NCBI GenBank assembly: GCA_964449025.1
Contig: CAYUYB010000001.1
Span: 1 to 36,909, forward strand
DNA: 36,909 bases
Source of the DNA: an uncultured Desulfobacteraceae bacterium
Lineage (GTDB): Bacteria; Desulfobacterota; DSM-4660; Desulfatiglandales; HGW-15
Direction: 5' to 3'
Part shown: in pieces, positions 33,370-36,909 of the stretch
Position numbering within the stretch: position 1 is the stretch's first letter
How the letters are laid out: each line of letters begins with the position of its first letter
Notes under the pieces: generated by a model
The model's database searches: none
Told to the model about the DNA's origin: nothing
Seen by the model: the letters and a program-made list of their open reading frames with translations, nothing else
Position numbers and translations under genes: made by a program

Positions 33370-34209
33370 ATGAGAAAAGTTATAATAACGGTTTCATTAA
33401 CCGGTGGAGTTCAGACAAAAGCCCAGAATCCCAATATACCGGAGCAACCCGATGAGATTGCCGAGGACGCGTATAATTGTTATAACGAAGGGGCAGCCAT
33501 AGCTCATATCCATGCGCGTGATAAAGAGGGTAAACCCACCGGCGATGTGGACATATTCAAGGAGATACATGAGGCAATTCGCGCAAAATGCAATATGATC
33601 CTCCAGGACAGCACAGGCGGAGGTCCGGGGCTTAACTTTGAACAAAGACTCGCGTGCCTTGATGCCGCCCCTGAAATGGCCTCCTTGAACATGGGTTCCA
33701 TGCTTAGAACCATAGGAAAGACCGCCGGCACCACATGGGCCAATCCGCGGCATGAATTGGAAAGATTCGCAGAGGAAATGGCAAAAAGGAGCATCAAGCC
33801 TGAGATGGAGATTTACCATCACGGCATGCTCCGGGAAATGAAGAATTTCATTGATAAAGGACTTATTCAAAAGCCTTACTATGTGAATCTGGTAATGGGC
33901 ATGGCTTATCAGGGTGCAGTGGACGCCACTGCGGAAAACCTGGTCACCCTTACCAACCTGTTACCCCCTGACACCATCTTTAATTGCTGTGCCATCGGCA
34001 GAGCACAGCTACCCATCACGACCCTTTCCGTGCTCCTGGGCGGGAACGCCAGGGTGGGCATGGAAGATAATATATATTATGCAAAGGGAGTACTTGCAGA
34101 GAGCAACGCCCAGCTTGTGGAGAGAAGCGTCCGTATCATAAAGGAAATCGGTTACGAGATTGCTTCGCCACAGGAAGCACGTGATATCATCGGGCTAAAA
34201 AGTGTCTGA
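33370..34209 (+). CDS. BKACE family (beta-keto acid cleavage enzyme, DUF849; 3-keto-5-aminohexanoate-cleavage-enzyme-like); predicted triacetate (3,5-dioxohexanoate) acetoacetate-lyase
   Basis: 279-aa ORF. The family-typical N-terminus is KVIITVSLTGGVQTKAQNPNIPEQPDEIAEDAYNCYNEGAAIAHIHARD. Later motifs are ILQDSTGGG, ...EMEIYHHGM and GGNARVGMEDNIYY. An AGGAGG RBS is present. The specific substrate is inferred from context only. Confidence 0.82.
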   Translation: MRKVIITVSLTGGVQTKAQNPNIPEQPDEIAEDAYNCYNEGAAIAHIHARDKEGKPTGDVDIFKEIHEAIRAKCNMILQDSTGGGPGLNFEQRLACLDAAPEMASLNMGSMLRTIGKTAGTTWANPRHELERFAEEMAKRSIKPEMEIYHHGMLREMKNFIDKGLIQKPYYVNLVMGMAYQGAVDATAENLVTLTNLLPPDTIFNCCAIGRAQLPITTLSVLLGGNARVGMEDNIYYAKGVLAESNAQLVERSVRIIKEIGYEIASPQEARDIIGLKSV

Positions 34210-34297
34210 TTCTTATATAATATGTAAAGGATATAACAGAATTTAGTTTTGAACAAATTAAAAACACAATTAAATATAAACCGGAAGGAGAAATATT

Positions 34298-35185
34298 ATG
34301 GCCTATATGCCTCTTGACAAAAGCAAGCTCTATCTTGACAGAAACAAGATGACAAAGATTCATGACCTTAGCCAGCCCTGGGGCGTGGACACGCCTCTGT
34401 GGCCTTTTCCCGGCCCCCGACAGGATCTTATTTTCCCACGCGGACAGTATCTGGGCCGTTTTCACAAGCGTACCATGACCTATACCGGTACGCTCCACGC
34501 CGGCACTCACATAGATGCCCCTAACCACGTCCTGCATGAAGAAGAGGTTGATCGTGAACGTAACGGGTATTCTCTCAACGAGATCCCTCTTGAATACTGT
34601 ATCGGCTCCGGCGTGATTCTGGATATGCGCCATCTGAGGGATGATTTCGAGAAGAACTTCGGAGACGGCTTCAACGGCGATCTGTGGAAGATACTGATGC
34701 CAGAGGATGTCGAAAAGGCCTGCCAGAAGGACGACCTTGAGATCCGTGAGAACGACTGGGTAATCGTCAATACAGGCTGGCACCACTATTGGAGAAAAAA
34801 CAACGATAAGTACTATAACTACTATGCTGGAATGGGCCCTGAGCTCGCAAAGTGGCTTACCTACGAAAAACACATCAAGGGTATCGGCGGTACATGGGGT
34901 GCGACTGACGCTCCTCTGTGGCATTACCCTCTCAAAGAGCAGATGCCCTGGCTAGATAATGCGTATCGAAAAGCCACCGGCAAGGACCCGGATGTTGAGT
35001 TCCCGGATTATGAGCCCTGTCACCGTATCTACATGCAGGCCGGCGTTGTTACTGTCGAGAATGCCGGCGGCGACATAGACGATGTTACCGGCAGGCGTAT
35101 GACCATCGCTGCCTTTCCGTTCCGTTGTGAGATGGCGGACGGCGGATTTGTGCGACTTGTCGCCTGGGAAGAGGGGTCATTCTAA
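34298..35185 (+). CDS. Cyclase-family metal hydrolase (kynurenine-formamidase-like, PF04199-type); predicted dihydrophloroglucinol cyclohydrolase
   Basis: 295-aa ORF with the cyclase-family motif HAGTHIDAPNHV (HxGTHxDxPxH) and a later ...NTGWHHYW... region. RBS ggaaggag. The specific function is inferred from gene context. Confidence 0.8.
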   Translation: MAYMPLDKSKLYLDRNKMTKIHDLSQPWGVDTPLWPFPGPRQDLIFPRGQYLGRFHKRTMTYTGTLHAGTHIDAPNHVLHEEEVDRERNGYSLNEIPLEYCIGSGVILDMRHLRDDFEKNFGDGFNGDLWKILMPEDVEKACQKDDLEIRENDWVIVNTGWHHYWRKNNDKYYNYYAGMGPELAKWLTYEKHIKGIGGTWGATDAPLWHYPLKEQMPWLDNAYRKATGKDPDVEFPDYEPCHRIYMQAGVVTVENAGGDIDDVTGRRMTIAAFPFRCEMADGGFVRLVAWEEGSF

Positions 35186-35345
35186 ACCGGCTTTTCCTTT
35201 CATTTCGAGATCCTGGACAGCGGGGTAGCTTGCCGTGCCTCGAGCAATGAGCCGTGGTGCAGGCCCACAAAATTCCGCTGCCCAGTAAATCAACAGATTA
35301 TTCAAATAGTTTAACTATTATATAATCATATTTTCGGAGGTCGCT

Positions 35346-36104
35346 ATGTTCAGACTTGACAATAAGATTGCTGTTGTCATAGGCGGAGCGGGAGGAATCG
35401 GTGAGGCCTGCTGCACCGCTTTGGCGCAACAGGGGGCAAAGGTAGTGGTTGCCGATATGAATCTGGAAAAAGCGAGCGAGGTAGCTAAAAGAATAAATAC
35501 AGACACGGATTCCGAAGCGGTTGCAATGCCGCTTGATGTTGGAAAAGAGGAAAGCATTGCAAATCTAGCAGATGATGTAGTGAAGAAATACGGCACAATC
35601 GATATCCTGGTTAACTCACAGGGTATCAACGCCAAGATGCCAGCAGTCGATATTGACGTTAACAAATGGGATTCTCTGTTTAATGTTAATGTTAGAGGGG
35701 TGATCTTGCCTTGCAAGATTATTGGTAAGATAATGGTAGAAAAGAAACAGGGCAAAATAATCAATCTCTCTTCAGTCCGTGGCATACGCGGTACAGACGG
35801 AGGTAACGTGACTTATGGCGCGACAAAGGGTTCGGTTGACATGATTACGCGCATGCTTGCCGCGGAATGGGCTCCATACAATATCAACGTTAACGCGATC
35901 GGCCCTTCCGTTGTAATGACTGAGGCGATCAAGAAGGCTGTCGCGCCGGAACGTTTGGAGATGCTGCTTTCTAAGACCCTTTTTAAGAGATTTGTCACAC
36001 CCGAAGATGTAGCGGCTGCGTGTGTCTATCTTGCATCCAATGAGGCGGACAACATAACCGGTCATATCCTCTACGTTGACGGGGGACTCACCGCGATAGG
36101 TTAG
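35346..36104 (+). CDS. Short-chain dehydrogenase/reductase (classical SDR); predicted phloroglucinol reductase
   Basis: The cofactor motif is VIGGAGGIGEA. The catalytic Ser is in NLSSVRG and the YxxxK motif is YGATK. The C-terminus is PEDVAAACVYLASNEADNITGHILYVDGG. The specific substrate is inferred from context. Confidence 0.85.
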   Translation: MFRLDNKIAVVIGGAGGIGEACCTALAQQGAKVVVADMNLEKASEVAKRINTDTDSEAVAMPLDVGKEESIANLADDVVKKYGTIDILVNSQGINAKMPAVDIDVNKWDSLFNVNVRGVILPCKIIGKIMVEKKQGKIINLSSVRGIRGTDGGNVTYGATKGSVDMITRMLAAEWAPYNINVNAIGPSVVMTEAIKKAVAPERLEMLLSKTLFKRFVTPEDVAAACVYLASNEADNITGHILYVDGGLTAIG

Positions 36105-36307
36105 TGTTAAATATCCGACTGCTTGAGCGCCTTTCGGCCCTGAGCTACGCGACATGGAGATGATTCCTTCGACGGTGCTTAGAACCATGACCTTCCTAAT
36201 GTCTCGTCGATATATCTCAAGTCCGATGGGCAACCGCTAAAAGCTTCATTCCGGGATCTTCGCTTTATGGCTGTAAAGCAAGCAAAGAATCCTATTCGAG
36301 GATTGTC

Positions 36308-36909
36308 ATGAAAAGTAAAGATATAAAAAAGATATTCATAGTGGGCGCGGGAACAATGGGCCACGGCATAGCCCAGGTATTTGCCACTGAAGGATATAAT
36401 GTTTCCCTTTTTTCACGCACCCGTCAGACCCTGGACAGAGCTATATCCCTTCTGGAAACCAGCCTGGCTACTCTTACCCAGGAAGGTCTCGTCGATAAAG
36501 AGCATATCCCGGGAATAATGGGGCGGATCAATATGACGCAGTCCCTTGAGGAGGGATCAGCCGATGCTGATATCGCCTTTGAAACGGTTGTGGAAAACAG
36601 GGAAGCAAAGGCAGACATATTCAGTAAGCTGGACCAACTATGTCCTGAAAGGACTCTCCTTGCCAGCAATACAACCGCACTCAATATCTTTGATTTCGTG
36701 AAGACCTCCAGACCTGACAAGGTCCTTATAGGCCATTGGTATACACCTCCCCAATTAATACCTCTGGTGGATATTGTTAAGGGGCCGGAGACAAGCGATG
36801 AGTCTGTTATGTTAATGGCAGAATTGATCAAACAGGTGGGGAAAACCCCGCTTATTATGAAAAAATTCAGCTCAGGCTATGTGGTTTCACGTATCCAGAT
36901 CGCTACTCT
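36308..36909 (+). CDS. 3-hydroxyacyl-CoA dehydrogenase family protein (N-terminal ~200 aa; runs off the window); possibly 3-hydroxy-5-oxohexanoate dehydrogenase
   Basis: Absent from the ORF track because it has no stop in the window. My translation from ATG 36308 gives MKSKDIKKIFIVGAGTMGHGIAQVFATEGYNVSLFSR...AFETVVENREAKADIFSKLDQLCPERTLLASNTTALNIFDF...IGHWYTPPQLIPLVDIVKGPETSDE. This is the Rossmann GxGxxG motif plus HAD-family core motifs. Confidence 0.82.
   Translation, partial: MKSKDIKKIFIVGAGTMGHGIAQVFATEGYNVSLFSRTRQTLDRAISLLETSLATLTQEGLVDKEHIPGIMGRINMTQSLEEGSADADIAFETVVENREAKADIFSKLDQLCPERTLLASNTTALNIFDFVKTSRPDKVLIGHWYTPPQLIPLVDIVKGPETSDESVMLMAELIKQVGKTPLIMKKFSSGYVVSRIQIAT

Noticed and set aside
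34187-36831. Minus-strand ORFs 34187-34924 (245 aa), 35318-35785, 35772-36233 and 36424-36831.
   Set aside because: Each is antisense to a plus-strand gene with clear family motifs (cyclase, SDR, HAD). Their translations are low-complexity or Ser/Ile/Arg-rich. These are shadow ORFs.

Overview
This 36.9-kb chromosomal window has gene content typical of an anaerobic Gram-negative bacterium. A deltaproteobacterial/Desulfobacterota-like origin is my inference only. I recognised no rRNA, tRNA, CRISPR array, transposase, integrase or defence-system gene.

Gene order, left to right:
- The 5' part of a TonB-dependent receptor gene (-), which runs off the window.
- An unusual HTH+receiver response regulator and two Hsp20 genes (-), divergent from groES-groEL (+).
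- A small unknown ORF, phosphomannomutase, dnaJ and an FmdB-like zinc-ribbon gene (+).
- Two translationally coupled paralogous glycosyltransferases (-).
- A repeat-rich SPOR-domain membrane protein (-).
- A pyrR / unknown 397-aa / yjbQ operon (-).
- An rnc / radical-SAM / era operon (+).
- A sigma54-type two-component pair (-).
- A second radical-SAM gene (+), purD (-) and cysQ (+).
- A stand-alone encapsulated-ferritin-like gene (-).

From about 28.5 kb to the window end lies an AraC-associated catabolic island. It encodes a pyrogallol-phloroglucinol transhydroxylase-like molybdoenzyme (alpha + FeS beta), then a BKACE, a cyclase-family hydrolase, an SDR and a 3-hydroxyacyl-CoA-dehydrogenase-family gene. 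I read this as a complete route from pyrogallol to phloroglucinol to acetoacetate/acetyl-CoA.

Other points worth a second look:
- A 1-nt frame break that cuts off the groEL C-terminal tail.
- A nucleotide-identical 147-bp in-frame tandem repeat in the SPOR gene.
- The ferritin-like gene with no encapsulin shell gene nearby.
- A 177-bp element bounded by 14-nt inverted arms between pyrR and rnc.
- A CIRCE-less heat-shock promoter region rich in CTTGA/TCAAG motifs.

All family assignments come from reading the translated ORFs by eye. No database search was run.
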